DNA from: Desulfovibrio sp.
Lineage (GTDB): Bacteria > Desulfobacterota > Desulfovibrionia > Desulfovibrionales > Desulfovibrionaceae
NCBI GenBank assembly: GCA_031260725.1
Contig: JAISKZ010000010.1
Location: 7,012 to 71,011 of the forward strand
Direction: 5' to 3'
DNA length: 64,000 nt
In this document: piece after piece, positions 42,289 to 52,875 of the stretch
Numbering within the stretch: the stretch's first letter is position 1
How the letters are laid out: the number at the start of each line of letters is the position of its first letter
The notes under the pieces: generated by a model
Databases searched by the model: none
What the model was told of the DNA's origin: nothing
The model's input: only the letters and a program-made list of their open reading frames with translations
Translations under genes and position numbers: made by a program

Positions 42289-44063
42289 AGTTTTGAAAGA
42301 CGCTGCCGCAATGACTCGGCATTTGCGGGTTTAAAATCCAAGGCGTTCTGATATGCCTTGCGGGCCTCATCTTTAAGGTTCAAATAAATGGCTATGTCGC
42401 CGTAATGTTCCCAGATGGATGGATCAGGGGGTTCTCCCAGCTTGACGGCACGGCGGATCTCAGCAAGGGCTTCCTGTGCCTGACCGGATTTAAAAAGCGC
42501 CCAGGCAATGGAATCCACAATATAGGACTGGTTCGGCGAGATCTCGTCAGCCCTGATCAGCAGTTTCAGGGCTCTGTCCAGATCGCGATTTTCTTCAGCA
42601 AGTGTGTAGCCTACATAGTTGAGCGCATGAAAATTGTCCGGCTGTGTTTCAAGAATTTTTTCAATGACCTCGAAAGCGTTTTTTTTGTCGCCTGTTTCGT
42701 CCAGCAACGAACCCAGCAAGAAATAAAATTCCATATTGTCCGGCCAAAGCTTTTGGGCGTTGCGGGCAATGTCAAGAGCTTCCGTCATGTGTTTTGCACG
42801 GGCTAACAGACGGATTTCAATCTCCCAAAAAACGGGTATATCGGCAAAGTCGCGCTGTCCCTTGCGGGTCGATTCAAGCGCTGCCTTTTCCTGACCGGCG
42901 TCTGCCAGCAGTTGTGTGCGCAATAATTGCGCCTGACCTGCACTGCTGCTTGTGGGAAGGACATTGTCAAGCAAGGAGAGCGCCATGCTGAGATCGCGCC
43001 GTTGCCGATAGGCCATATCTGCAAGCATAATGTGGACTTCACCTGTCTGATCGCCCTCGGCGGCAATTTGTTTAAGGAGGCTTTCAGCCTGAAGGTAGTG
43101 GCGTGAATCCATAAACATGCCGGCAACAGCAAGACGAAACTGTTTTGCGTTCGGGCCGAGATTCATATATCGAAGTGCTCTTTCCGGCTGGTTCAGCCTC
43201 AGGGAAATATTGACCAGACGCAGCAGAACATCCTGTGGAGAAAAGTTGAGCTTGAGAAGGCGTTCATAAATTTTTCGCGCTTCCGGCAGATTTGAGCGCT
43301 GTTCATAAGCAAAGGCCAGTTCCGCGAGAGCTTCCACAAAGTCGGGCTGTTCCTTGACGGCCTCCTGGAGGTAGGGAATGGCCTCGCCCTGTCGCTGCAT
43401 GCCTATGAGGGTTCTTGCCTGATAATAATTTACAAGAGGGGAACGTTTCTTGTGCGGAATGGTTTTGAGCAGATTTTCGGCTTCTGCAAATTCTTTAATT
43501 TTGACGAGCAGCAGGGCAAGCTTCAGGCTCGCATCAAAAGAGTCGGGGTGTTTCCCCAGATAAGCGCGCATCAAGTCTACGCCCTGATGCGGCGCACCGT
43601 TGTTGATAAGTGCCTCGGCATTCAGCAGATTAAGCGAAATGTCATCCGGCCAGACAGCAAGCGCGTCTTGAAGAAAAGGCAAAACAATGGATGAGTTGCG
43701 GCTCATCAGCCACACACCGCCTTCCAGCCATGACCTGATCGGCAGTTTTGCCAACCTCATCATGCCCCTGGCTTGATCAAGCGCGTTTTCATCCTCATTA
43801 TTCATGGCTTGGGCAAAAATCAGATAAGCATACGTGCTTTGTGCTTCAGGAGAAAGTTCTGTCTCAGCTGGAAGGGGCGTCATGCCCTGGGGAATGCCGC
43901 CACCCGTTTCGGTTTGTCGGGCGACAGCAGGAGTATCGGCATCATGGGGAGATGCGTTTTTCCGCGGTTTGTTGCCGGTGCTGCAGCCGCTGCAGCCTGA
44001 AAAGAACACGGCAGAAGTGGCAAGTGAGAGCGCACAGAGAATGGCAATCGTCGTGTGTTTCAT
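42285..44063 (-). CDS. Tetratricopeptide repeat lipoprotein
   Basis: Signal/lipobox FFSGC, multiple TPRs, ALNYVGYTLA..., DSIAWALF; start ATG 44063. Confidence 0.88.
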   Translation of the reverse strand: MKHTTIAILCALSLATSAVFFSGCSGCSTGNKPRKNASPHDADTPAVARQTETGGGIPQGMTPLPAETELSPEAQSTYAYLIFAQAMNNEDENALDQARGMMRLAKLPIRSWLEGGVWLMSRNSSIVLPFLQDALAVWPDDISLNLLNAEALINNGAPHQGVDLMRAYLGKHPDSFDASLKLALLLVKIKEFAEAENLLKTIPHKKRSPLVNYYQARTLIGMQRQGEAIPYLQEAVKEQPDFVEALAELAFAYEQRSNLPEARKIYERLLKLNFSPQDVLLRLVNISLRLNQPERALRYMNLGPNAKQFRLAVAGMFMDSRHYLQAESLLKQIAAEGDQTGEVHIMLADMAYRQRRDLSMALSLLDNVLPTSSSAGQAQLLRTQLLADAGQEKAALESTRKGQRDFADIPVFWEIEIRLLARAKHMTEALDIARNAQKLWPDNMEFYFLLGSLLDETGDKKNAFEVIEKILETQPDNFHALNYVGYTLAEENRDLDRALKLLIRADEISPNQSYIVDSIAWALFKSGQAQEALAEIRRAVKLGEPPDPSIWEHYGDIAIYLNLKDEARKAYQNALDFKPANAESLRQRLSKL

Positions 44064-44064
44064 T

Positions 44065-45126
44065 TTATGTCTGTATCCATTCATCTGAAAAATCATTTAT
44101 ATTTTGAGAGAGATGACGGCGGATTTTTTTCAGCAGCCGAACTTCAAGCTGTCGGACGCGTTCTCGTGTGATGCTATACCGTTCGCCTATCTCGCGCAAG
44201 GTTACAGGTTCGTCTGTGAGCAGGCGATTGTGCAAAATATAGAGTTCTTTTTTATTGAGTTCGGGTATGATTGTTTTAAGGCGCGAGCGGACGATATCCG
44301 TTATTTCATCGCTGGCCAGACTGTGTTCAATACCTGGCCCAAGGGCCGGGAGAAAGTCCATGCGGGTGGCGCCGCCTGCATCTTCTCCTACCGGCGCATT
44401 AAGAGAGAGGTCAGTGGACGAGAGGCGCTGGTCCATCTCAACAATCTGATCTTCGCTTACGCCGAGTTTTGTGGAAAGCATGGCGTTATCAGGGTCATAG
44501 CCTTGGGCTATCAGTTTTTGCCGTTCCCGGTTGAGATTATAAAAGAGTTTGCGCTGCACCTGGGTAGTCCCGATTTTGACCATGCGCCAATTGTCCATGA
44601 TAAATTTCAGAATATATGCCTTGATCCAGAAAGAAGCATAGTAAGAAAATTTGATGCCCTTATCCGGATCAAATTTGTTGACGGAGCGCATCAAACCCAC
44701 ATTGCCTTCCTGCACCAGATCTAGAACGTTCTGCATCCAGCGGCGCTGGAAATCCATGGCAATGCGGACTACAAGTCGCAGATGGGAGGAGACAAGGCGG
44801 AACGCGGCGTCCGGGTCATTGTGATCACGTACGCGTAGCGCCATAGCATGCTCCTCTTCTGGAGTGAGCATGGGAAATCGGCCTACTTCGCGCAAATACA
44901 GATACAGGCTGTCACGTTCGCCGGCGAGTGTGGGCAAGCGGGATACAGAGGGCGCGGGCAGGGCTGGAGGTGCGTCAACAATGACGTCGGCTTCAAGCAT
45001 GTCTTCAGACTGAACATCCGATGGATCGGGCATGTCGTCTGCATCAGCCGCAACGTTTTCTGCCGGAGAAATGATTACAACCGCTGTTTCAGCATCTATC
45101 TTGCTATTTTTTTTCATTTTCATCAT
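44065..45126 (-). CDS. rpoH: RNA polymerase sigma factor, sigma32/RpoH family
   Basis: DLVQEGNVGLMR, VKIGTTQVQRKLFYNL (RpoH box-like), ITRERVRQLE. Confidence 0.88.
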   Translation of the reverse strand: MMKMKKNSKIDAETAVVIISPAENVAADADDMPDPSDVQSEDMLEADVIVDAPPALPAPSVSRLPTLAGERDSLYLYLREVGRFPMLTPEEEHAMALRVRDHNDPDAAFRLVSSHLRLVVRIAMDFQRRWMQNVLDLVQEGNVGLMRSVNKFDPDKGIKFSYYASFWIKAYILKFIMDNWRMVKIGTTQVQRKLFYNLNRERQKLIAQGYDPDNAMLSTKLGVSEDQIVEMDQRLSSTDLSLNAPVGEDAGGATRMDFLPALGPGIEHSLASDEITDIVRSRLKTIIPELNKKELYILHNRLLTDEPVTLREIGERYSITRERVRQLEVRLLKKIRRHLSQNINDFSDEWIQT

Positions 45127-45251
45127 ACTTAATCAAAAGGACTTAAAATCAGAACGGTTACTATCATATAGTTTTCGTTTGTTCTTTTCAATGTTTTTCA
45201 GTATTGGCCAGAGCGAAAACTGTGTAAAACGATTTATCACAGGCGGCAGAA

Positions 45252-47648
45252 ATGACATTTAGACAGGCGATTGCTTCAGGGCGGTCGCTTTTGTTCGACG
45301 GCGCCATGGGCACGCTGTTGCAAACTTCAGGAATGCCGCCTGGCGTGACTCCAGAGATATTTTGTCTCAATAATCCAAATGGGTTAGTGTCTATTCATAC
45401 GGAGTATCTGAATGCGGGGGTGGATGTGCTGACCTCCTGCACCTTTGGCGGCAATGCTTTCAAACTGCCGCCGGGAACAAATGTTGCGGATGTCAACAAA
45501 CGTATAGTCGAAGTGGCCCGTGAAGCTGGACACGGCTGCGGCAGGCCGTTTTGGGTGGCCGGCAATGTTGGGCCGAGCGGGCAGTTTGTAAAGCCTCTCG
45601 GGTCTGTGGATCCGCAAGAGCTTATTGCGGCCTTTGCCCTTCAGGTCAGAGGGCTTGCTGCCGGCGGCGCGGATGTGATTTTTATTGAAACACAGTTTGA
45701 TCTGGCTGAGGCCAGAGCCGCTGTTGTTGCGACGCGGCAGGAATGTGACCTGCCGATCATTGTTTCCATGACATTCGATCAGGGAGTGAGTCTGACAGGT
45801 TCGACACCGGTTGTTTTTGCAGAAACCATGCAGAATATGGGCGTGGATGTGGTGGGTGTCAATTGCAGTTCAGGCCCGGTACAGATGCGGGCTGTCATTG
45901 AAGATCTGCTTGCCGTCTGTTCCTGCCCTGTTATGGCCGAACCCAACGCCGGCCTGCCGGAATTGCGCGGCGACGCCACGATTTTTCCTATGGGGCCACA
46001 AGACTTTGCTCGCGAGACAGCTTTTTTTGCCGGGCTTGGAGTGCGCCTGCTTGGCGGTTGTTGCGGCACATCACCTGAGCATTTGTCTGCGTTGTGCGAC
46101 GCGTTGCGCGACATGTATTCTGAAACAGTGCAACCGCCTGCATACTCCGGCATTTGTTTGACAAGCCGTTCTTGTTTGGTGCGCATCGGTCTGGATGAGC
46201 CGCTTGTCGTTATCGGCGAACGCATCAACCCGACCGGGAAAAAGGATTTGACGCGTGAACTGCAGGAGGGCCATTTTGCCACAGCGTTGCAGTTGGCCGA
46301 TGAACAGGCGCGCGCCGGTGCACGCGTGCTGGATGTGAATGTGGGGGCGTCGTTGGCGGACGAGGCAAGCCTTTTGCCTGAACTTGTAAAACTTTTGTCC
46401 GTGCACTTGTCTCTGCCGCTCTCTTTAGATTCCTCCAATATTGAGGCTATTACCCGCGCCTTGCCGTGGTGCCCCGGTTCTTTTTTGGTTAACTCCGTAA
46501 GCGGAGGACCGGACTGTATGGAACAGCTCGGCCCGCTGTGCCGTGATTTTGGATCGCCGTTTATTCTTCTGCCGCTAAAGGGCGCGACATTGCCGGTCAA
46601 GGCAGCGGAGCGCATACGCATTGTGGAGGATATGCTTTTGCAGGCTGAATGCCTCGGCATACCCAAACGGCTGGTGATGGTGGACATACTTGCCCTGACT
46701 GTTTCCTCTACAAGTGACGGCGGTCGCGAATGTCTTGAGGTTGCGCGCTGGTGTCGCCGTCAGGGGCTGTCCACAACAATAGGCCTTTCGAATATTTCTT
46801 TTGGCTTACCAGCTCGTGATCTGCTGAACGCCACATTTTTGTCGCTGGCTTTTGGTGCCGGTCTCAATTCCTGCATCGCCAACCCTTCAATGCCCCGCCT
46901 GCGTGAGGCGGTAGACGCGCTTGCCGTGCTTTGCAATCACGACAAGAGAGCCGCTACGTTCATCGGGCAGTATACGGGCTGGAAACATGCGGGCGGTTGC
47001 GCTATTGTTGCCAGCGGTACGGTTGAATCCGCCAAAAACCTGGGCGATGCCGTGCTGACCGGCGACAGGGAAAATGTGCTTGATTTTCTCAATGCAGAAC
47101 TTGAGTCCGGGGCAGATCCTTTGATTCTCGTACAGAAAACGTTGATTCCCGCCATTACAGAAGTGGGCGTCCGTTATGAACGGCGGGAGTATTTTCTGCC
47201 GCAGCTGATCCGCGCCGCAGAGACCATGCAGGTGGCCTTTGCATATTTGAAGCCGCGCCTTGAGGCCCGGCGCGGCCTTGAAGCGCGCCCCGTAGTGGTT
47301 ATGGCCACAGTGAAAGGGGACATTCACGACATCGGCAAGAATATTGTGGCGCTAATGCTCGGCAATCACGGCTTTGACGTCATAGATGCCGGCAAGGATC
47401 TGTCTGCCGAATCCATCGTGTCTTGCGCTGAACGACATAAGGCGCGTATTGTCGGCCTGTCGGCACTCATGACAACAACCATGATACGCATGGAAGACAC
47501 TATACGTCTGATTAAGGAACGTGGTTTGCCCATCAAGGTCATGGTAGGAGGAGCCGCTGTTACTCAAGCTTTCGCTGACGCTATTGAAGCTGACGCTTAT
47601 TCCGACGATGCTGTAGGCGCGGTGCGTGCAGCCAAAAATTTATTGTAA
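45252..47648 (+). CDS. Cobalamin-dependent methionine synthase family protein (Hcy-binding, pterin-binding and B12-binding domains; no reactivation domain)
   Basis: FDGAMGT, GVNC, GGCCGT, IGERINPTGK, GDIHDIGKN; 798 aa. Confidence 0.9.
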   Translation: MTFRQAIASGRSLLFDGAMGTLLQTSGMPPGVTPEIFCLNNPNGLVSIHTEYLNAGVDVLTSCTFGGNAFKLPPGTNVADVNKRIVEVAREAGHGCGRPFWVAGNVGPSGQFVKPLGSVDPQELIAAFALQVRGLAAGGADVIFIETQFDLAEARAAVVATRQECDLPIIVSMTFDQGVSLTGSTPVVFAETMQNMGVDVVGVNCSSGPVQMRAVIEDLLAVCSCPVMAEPNAGLPELRGDATIFPMGPQDFARETAFFAGLGVRLLGGCCGTSPEHLSALCDALRDMYSETVQPPAYSGICLTSRSCLVRIGLDEPLVVIGERINPTGKKDLTRELQEGHFATALQLADEQARAGARVLDVNVGASLADEASLLPELVKLLSVHLSLPLSLDSSNIEAITRALPWCPGSFLVNSVSGGPDCMEQLGPLCRDFGSPFILLPLKGATLPVKAAERIRIVEDMLLQAECLGIPKRLVMVDILALTVSSTSDGGRECLEVARWCRRQGLSTTIGLSNISFGLPARDLLNATFLSLAFGAGLNSCIANPSMPRLREAVDALAVLCNHDKRAATFIGQYTGWKHAGGCAIVASGTVESAKNLGDAVLTGDRENVLDFLNAELESGADPLILVQKTLIPAITEVGVRYERREYFLPQLIRAAETMQVAFAYLKPRLEARRGLEARPVVVMATVKGDIHDIGKNIVALMLGNHGFDVIDAGKDLSAESIVSCAERHKARIVGLSALMTTTMIRMEDTIRLIKERGLPIKVMVGGAAVTQAFADAIEADAYSDDAVGAVRAAKNLL

Positions 47649-47650
47649 GG

Positions 47651-47797
47651 TTTGTCATAAATTTTTTGTTTTTATTGTGTCTGTTGTCTCCTGTGCTGCA
47701 TTGGCGCAAATACCCGCTGTAACTGGTTTCAGAACTAGAAACAGTTGACATGCAGACTTTAAAAATGGTGATCGACAAACTTCTGGAACGGCAATAA
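47651..47797 (+). pseudogene. Collapsed remnant of an exported protein gene (possibly TlpA-like thiol-disulfide oxidoreductase)
   Basis: One frame gives FLFLLCLLS (signal-like), an internal stop, then ETVDMQTLKMVIDKLLERQ*, whose TAA overlaps the next ATG (TAATG). Identity rests on recalled synteny only. Confidence 0.4.
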
Positions 47798-48309
47798 TGG
47801 AACATTTTATAACGCGCAAGGCGCATCAGGACGACGTGAAGGCTATGCACGGCCTGTTGCTGCGGTGCGCGCAAAAGGGTCTTTTGCTGCCGCGCGCCCT
47901 GATTTATCTGTATGGGCATATACGCAATTTTTTTGTGGCGGAATCAGGTAACGGCGAATTGGTGGCTTGCTGTGCGCTTGCGCCGGTGTGGGAGGATCTG
48001 GGTGAAATTTGTTCTCTTGTAGTAAAGGATGAACACCTCCGCAAGGGACTCGGACGGAGACTCGTAGATGCGTGCGTCAGTGAATGCCGCGAACTGCATT
48101 TGAAAAAAATTTTTGCCCTGACCTACCAGGAAACCTTCTTCACCCGCTTAGGTTTCTCTGTTGTGGAGAAAAGTGTTTTACCGCAAAAAATATGGGCTGA
48201 TTGCGTCAATTGTCCTAAGTATCCGGATTGTGACGAAATAGCTGTGTTATTGGATGTCTCGGATTCTGGAGGGGAAACAAGAACTCTTCTCTCTGGCTTG
48301 CGGGAGTGA
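47797..48309 (+). CDS. GNAT N-acetyltransferase (short ArgA-like)
   Basis: EICSLVV..LRKGLGRRLV, LPQKIWADCVNCPKYPDCDE. Confidence 0.88.
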   Translation: MEHFITRKAHQDDVKAMHGLLLRCAQKGLLLPRALIYLYGHIRNFFVAESGNGELVACCALAPVWEDLGEICSLVVKDEHLRKGLGRRLVDACVSECRELHLKKIFALTYQETFFTRLGFSVVEKSVLPQKIWADCVNCPKYPDCDEIAVLLDVSDSGGETRTLLSGLRE

Positions 48310-48338
48310 AGAGGCTTTGTTCGGCGCAGGGGAGGGGT

Positions 48339-48893
48339 ATGACTGAAACGTTGCGGTGTAAACAGATCAAGCCAGTGTTCAGCCCGGAAAAGATAGCGGT
48401 TCGCGTGCGGGAACTGGCTGAAGAAATTGACGCTCTCTACGGTGATGAGCCGCTTGTGGCAGTGTGCGTGCTCAAGGGTGGCTTTATATTTTGTAGCGAT
48501 CTGGTGCGTTTTTTGCATAATAAAAATCTTGAAGTGGATTTTGTGCGTCTGTCCAGTTATGGCCGGGGCTGCAGAAGTTCAGGCAAGATTGTTTTTAGCA
48601 AGGATGCAGAGACGGATCTGTGTGACAAGCATGTGTTGATGGTGGAAGATGTGGTCGACAGCGGACGCAGTATGCGTTTTTTGCTTGATGTGTTTGCCGC
48701 GCGACGCGTGCGTAGTCTGCGTTTGGCCGCTCTGGTGGACAAGCAGGAGCGGCGGGAAGTTGAGGTGCATGTAGATTTTGCGGCTTTTCAATTAAACAGC
48801 GGCTTTATAGTGGGTTATGGTCTTGATTACGCGGAACACTGGCGCGCATTGCCCGGCGTTTGTGAGATCATAGTGGAACAGCCGGAGAAATAA
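48339..48893 (+). CDS. hpt: Hypoxanthine phosphoribosyltransferase
   Basis: VLKGG, LSSYG, VEDVVDSG, FIVGYGLDYAE; start 48339 (alternative GTG 48306). Confidence 0.96.
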   Translation: MTETLRCKQIKPVFSPEKIAVRVRELAEEIDALYGDEPLVAVCVLKGGFIFCSDLVRFLHNKNLEVDFVRLSSYGRGCRSSGKIVFSKDAETDLCDKHVLMVEDVVDSGRSMRFLLDVFAARRVRSLRLAALVDKQERREVEVHVDFAAFQLNSGFIVGYGLDYAEHWRALPGVCEIIVEQPEK

Positions 48894-48913
48894 TATTGCA
48901 GAATGGCAGTATG

Positions 48914-49597
48914 TTATTTGAACAACTCCCGTCCCAGCGCTTTTTTGCCGATGTGGTCTTCCACCTCCACTCCTTTGGGCGGGGTGAAGCTGAAATCCGT
49001 TGATTTGAAATGGGCGTCCGGGTTGAAAGAGGTAAAACGCACGTCATTTGTGTTTCCGTAAAAATCAATGATGACGGCCCTGCGTATATATCCTGACGTC
49101 GTATCAGACCACAGCATAGCTTCAACCATTTGCGGCGCGGGTTCCCTGGGATAGAGACGCAGCCTGGTCAAGGCACCGTCACGGCCTTCCTGTTTGACAT
49201 CAAAATCTTTTGTAAGTGCCGCCTGCCCGGTGAGCACCTGGATGATAGTGCGCGAGTCTTTGACCATATCGGGCGGATAACGGTAAACCAGCTCTTCTTC
49301 GGGCAGGTAGTCCCATATTTCTTTGGACGTGACCACCAGGATTTCCTCATGCGGTTGAGCCGTTTGCCAGCGAATCAGGAGTGGTTTTTGAAACAGCAGA
49401 GAGCCGTTGCGTTTTTCCACGACACCGCTTTCTTTGTGTGTCAGGGTCTGTTCAAAGTCGGCGGAGAAGGCATTCAGATCTGTATACCGCTGTTGCATGA
49501 GCGTTATAATGTCCGCTGCATTTGTTACGCCTGTCACCAAACAGAGCGCAGCGCAAAAAGTGAAGCCTGCTGCGGCAAGTATTGGGAAGACGCGCAT
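48914..49597 (-). CDS. lolA: Outer-membrane lipoprotein carrier protein LolA
   Basis: FSADFEQ, FQKPLLIRW, FSFTPPKGVEVED; follows ftsK; ATG 49597 preceded by GGAGG. Confidence 0.9.
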   Translation of the reverse strand: MRVFPILAAAGFTFCAALCLVTGVTNAADIITLMQQRYTDLNAFSADFEQTLTHKESGVVEKRNGSLLFQKPLLIRWQTAQPHEEILVVTSKEIWDYLPEEELVYRYPPDMVKDSRTIIQVLTGQAALTKDFDVKQEGRDGALTRLRLYPREPAPQMVEAMLWSDTTSGYIRRAVIIDFYGNTNDVRFTSFNPDAHFKSTDFSFTPPKGVEVEDHIGKKALGRELFK

Positions 49598-49664
49598 AAA
49601 GACCTCCGGGTGAAATTTTTTAAAACAGGACAACTATCCAGAGAGGGCAGAAAGACGCGAGCCG

Positions 49665-52037
49665 TCACCTGACGACAGGGCGTGGTTTGCTGCCATCAGC
49701 GGGACCGATAATGCCGTCTTTTTCCAGTTGTTCAACAAGACGGGCCGCCCGGTTGAAGCCGATTTTAAATCGACGCTGCACCAGTGAAATAGAGGCCCGC
49801 CCCTGTTCACTGACGAAGGCCTGCACTTCCTGGTAAAGCGCGTCGCCGTTTGCGTCGTCTCCCCCGTCGTTTTGGCTCTGCGCCGCTGCTCCAGCGCTCC
49901 ATTCAGCAAAGTCCACCCTGTAGGAGGGCGGCAAATGGCGCTTCCAGTAGGCGACGACAGACTGCACCTCATCATCACGCAAAAAGGGGCCGTGAAGTCG
50001 CTGCAGGCGTCCGCTGCTCGGCTTGAAAAGCATGTCTCCTTGGCCGAGCAGGTGTTCCGCGCCGACTTGATCCAAAATGGTGCGAGAATCGTGCTTGGAC
50101 GTGACCTGAAAAGAAATTCGGCAGGGGAAATTTGCCTTGATGAGGCCGGTGACAACATCCACACTCGGACGTTGCGTCGCCAGAATCATGTGTATGCCGG
50201 CAGCTCGGGCAAGCTGGGCAAGTCGCACTATGCTTGTTTCCACTTCACGGGCGGCTGTCAGCATCAAATCCGCCAGTTCATCTATAACAATAACGAGATA
50301 AGGCATTTTTTCCAGATCAGCGTAATCCGGGGGAAGCTCGTTTTTATAGAGTGAGAGTTTTTGGTTAAACGCAGCTACATTACGTACGGAAAATCGCTCC
50401 AACGCCTTGTAGCGGCGATCCATTTCATGAATAGCCCAGTCCAGCGCGTTTTTTGCCTCCTTCATATCAGTAACAACAGGATGCACAAGATGAGGCTCTT
50501 CTGCATAGACAGCCATTTCAATACGTTTAGGGTCTATCAGCAAGAATTGCATTTCCTGTGGCTGCGTTCTGTAAAGCAGACTGATGAGAATGCTGTTCAG
50601 ACAAACACTTTTACCCGCGCCTGTTGCCCCTGCCACCAGCAAATGAGGCATACGCGTCAGATCAGCCATATAAGGTCTGCCGGCAATATCCTTGCCAAGA
50701 ATCATAGTCAGCGGGCCGCAGCCTTTGCGAAAATTTTCCGTGGCGGCCAGTTCGCGAAAATTGACGTTTTCACGGTTGTCGTTGGGTATTTCAATCCCAA
50801 CAGCGTCTGAACCGGGAATAGGCGCTTGAATGCGTATGGCCATGGCCTTGAGGGCAAGGGCCAGATCATCGCTTAAATTGGCGATACGGCTTACTCGTAT
50901 CCCAGGAGCAGGGCGGACTTCATACATCGTTACCACAGGGCCCGGCGTTATGCGTACAAGTTCTCCCTGAATGTCAAAATCTTTGAGGCATGCAATCAAG
51001 GTGTTGCCCTTGCCCTCGCGATCCTCTTTCTGTACTGCGGAAGGTGTTTTGGAAAGAGGCGCGAGCAGGTCAAGCCCCGGAAGCGGCGGCGGATTTTTTT
51101 TTGAGGAAGGCCTGTACAGCGGGCTGTTCTGTACAGGCGCATCACCGTTATTTCGATGTGTCGTCGATTGCGCATTGTCGTCATCAGCCAACACGTCAGG
51201 CGTTTCAGCGGCATCCCCGGCGTGCGCGTCTGCCGATGCTCCGGCATGGAAGTAACCAGTAGCGCAAGACGCGTCGGAATTCTGGGGAATATCTTCCGGG
51301 GCGGGAAAAGGTTCATCTGTGTCCGAAGCGGTATTGTCGTAAACATCAGGCAGCGTCTCGACTGCCGGACGGATATTCCCCAGCCTGTCACGCCATTTTG
51401 CAATAATCGCACTGAAAAGAAAGAAAAATTCAGTTAAAGGCCGTTTGTCATGTGTCTTTGCGGTGTTGGAGTTGTAGCCGACATCCGCAGGTATTTTTTG
51501 CAGACGCGCGAGACAACGGGTGGCCAGACTGAACCATGAAATGTTCAAGGCCAGCTGTAACCCGGTCAGGAGCACAAAAAGCCAAAGTAGTGTTGAACCG
51601 GCAGGGCTCAAATACCTGCTTGCGTTGATGTGTAGGGCATCGCCGACTATGCCGCCCCCAAAAATATCACCCGCGGAAAAATCCCATGCCGCCCCCGTTA
51701 CCAGCAGACAGAGCGTCAACAGAAACAAGCCGCACCAGCGCCACCAGTGCATGGTATAGGATGGCGAAATATAGGTCGCTCCCAGCGCGGCGAAAATTAC
51801 CGGACAGAGCAAAGATGCCACGCCAAAGATATCGTTGAGAAAGCCGGCCAGATAGGCGCCGAACAAGCCGGCCTTGTTACGGACTGGTGCATGACCGCTG
51901 ACGACATGGTTCAGGCTTGAATCATTGGCGTCAAAGCTGAACAGAGCAAGCAGCAACAGCAATGCCCAGAACAGGAGAAAAAGACCGAAAAGTTCACGGC
52001 CGAATTTATGGCTGTCCGTACGGGCCCCCTCCCTCAT
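49665..52037 (-). CDS. ftsK: DNA translocase FtsK
   Basis: N-terminal TMs, AGATGAGKS, IDELADLM, ATQRPSVDV, gamma domain VQRRFKIGFNRAAR; start uncertain. Confidence 0.97.
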   Translation of the reverse strand: MREGARTDSHKFGRELFGLFLLFWALLLLLALFSFDANDSSLNHVVSGHAPVRNKAGLFGAYLAGFLNDIFGVASLLCPVIFAALGATYISPSYTMHWWRWCGLFLLTLCLLVTGAAWDFSAGDIFGGGIVGDALHINASRYLSPAGSTLLWLFVLLTGLQLALNISWFSLATRCLARLQKIPADVGYNSNTAKTHDKRPLTEFFFLFSAIIAKWRDRLGNIRPAVETLPDVYDNTASDTDEPFPAPEDIPQNSDASCATGYFHAGASADAHAGDAAETPDVLADDDNAQSTTHRNNGDAPVQNSPLYRPSSKKNPPPLPGLDLLAPLSKTPSAVQKEDREGKGNTLIACLKDFDIQGELVRITPGPVVTMYEVRPAPGIRVSRIANLSDDLALALKAMAIRIQAPIPGSDAVGIEIPNDNRENVNFRELAATENFRKGCGPLTMILGKDIAGRPYMADLTRMPHLLVAGATGAGKSVCLNSILISLLYRTQPQEMQFLLIDPKRIEMAVYAEEPHLVHPVVTDMKEAKNALDWAIHEMDRRYKALERFSVRNVAAFNQKLSLYKNELPPDYADLEKMPYLVIVIDELADLMLTAAREVETSIVRLAQLARAAGIHMILATQRPSVDVVTGLIKANFPCRISFQVTSKHDSRTILDQVGAEHLLGQGDMLFKPSSGRLQRLHGPFLRDDEVQSVVAYWKRHLPPSYRVDFAEWSAGAAAQSQNDGGDDANGDALYQEVQAFVSEQGRASISLVQRRFKIGFNRAARLVEQLEKDGIIGPADGSKPRPVVR

Positions 52038-52169
52038 GTTGAGACAGCCGTTTCCTCGCGGCGGTTGACGAATGGCGGCAGCTACGATCGGAAAAGGATT
52101 TTTGAGCAAACACTGTCAAAGGTTGCTGCCCATGGCAAAATGATCCTTGCGGATCGAATATATTGTCAG

Positions 52170-52727
52170 TCATTCTCGTCCAAGGTATTCTCTGGAACGG
52201 CTGTCCACCTTGATTTTGTCGCCGACATTAACAAAAATGGGCACTTGTACAGTAATCCCTGTTTCCAAGGTGGCCGGTTTGGTAACATTGCTCACTGTGT
52301 CGCCCTTGACGCCCGGTTCTGTGTCTGTAACCTGCAGCACGAGCGTCAGTGGAATATCAATGTCCAGAGGACGCTCGTTGTAGAGCAAAACGCGGCATTC
52401 CTGCCCGTCTTTGAGAAAACCCTCCTTGCCGCCGGTAGATGCGGAAGGCATTTGCATTTGTTCATACGTTGTCATATCCATAAAGAAGAGGTCATCGTTT
52501 TCGCGGTATAAAAATTGCATGTCACGTGTTTCCAGATCGGGCTTCTCCACTTTTTCTCCTGAACGGAAGGTGATGTCCTGCATGCGCCCGGTCAGAATGT
52601 TGCGCAGTTTTGTTCGCACCATGGCCCCGCCCTTGCCGGGCTTGAAGTGCTGAAAATCCACTATCTCGTAAGGGGTCCCTTCAACTTCGATTTTGAGACC
52701 CTTGCGAAAATCTGTAGTTGAGTACAT
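52170..52727 (-). CDS. efp: Elongation factor P
   Basis: [29 protein letters not shown]. Confidence 0.99.
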   Translation of the reverse strand: MYSTTDFRKGLKIEVEGTPYEIVDFQHFKPGKGGAMVRTKLRNILTGRMQDITFRSGEKVEKPDLETRDMQFLYRENDDLFFMDMTTYEQMQMPSASTGGKEGFLKDGQECRVLLYNERPLDIDIPLTLVLQVTDTEPGVKGDTVSNVTKPATLETGITVQVPIFVNVGDKIKVDSRSREYLGRE

Positions 52728-52875
52728 ATTTCCTCTGCATTGCCGTCAGGCATAAAAGCTGTTAATATACGTCAGGTGTTTTGATGAATTGTTGCAAGAG
52801 ATATTGAATTTTTCATTATGAATAAAATCAGTTTTGCTGTCAATCCATGATGGCGCAGCAACAAGGTTGAGTGGA

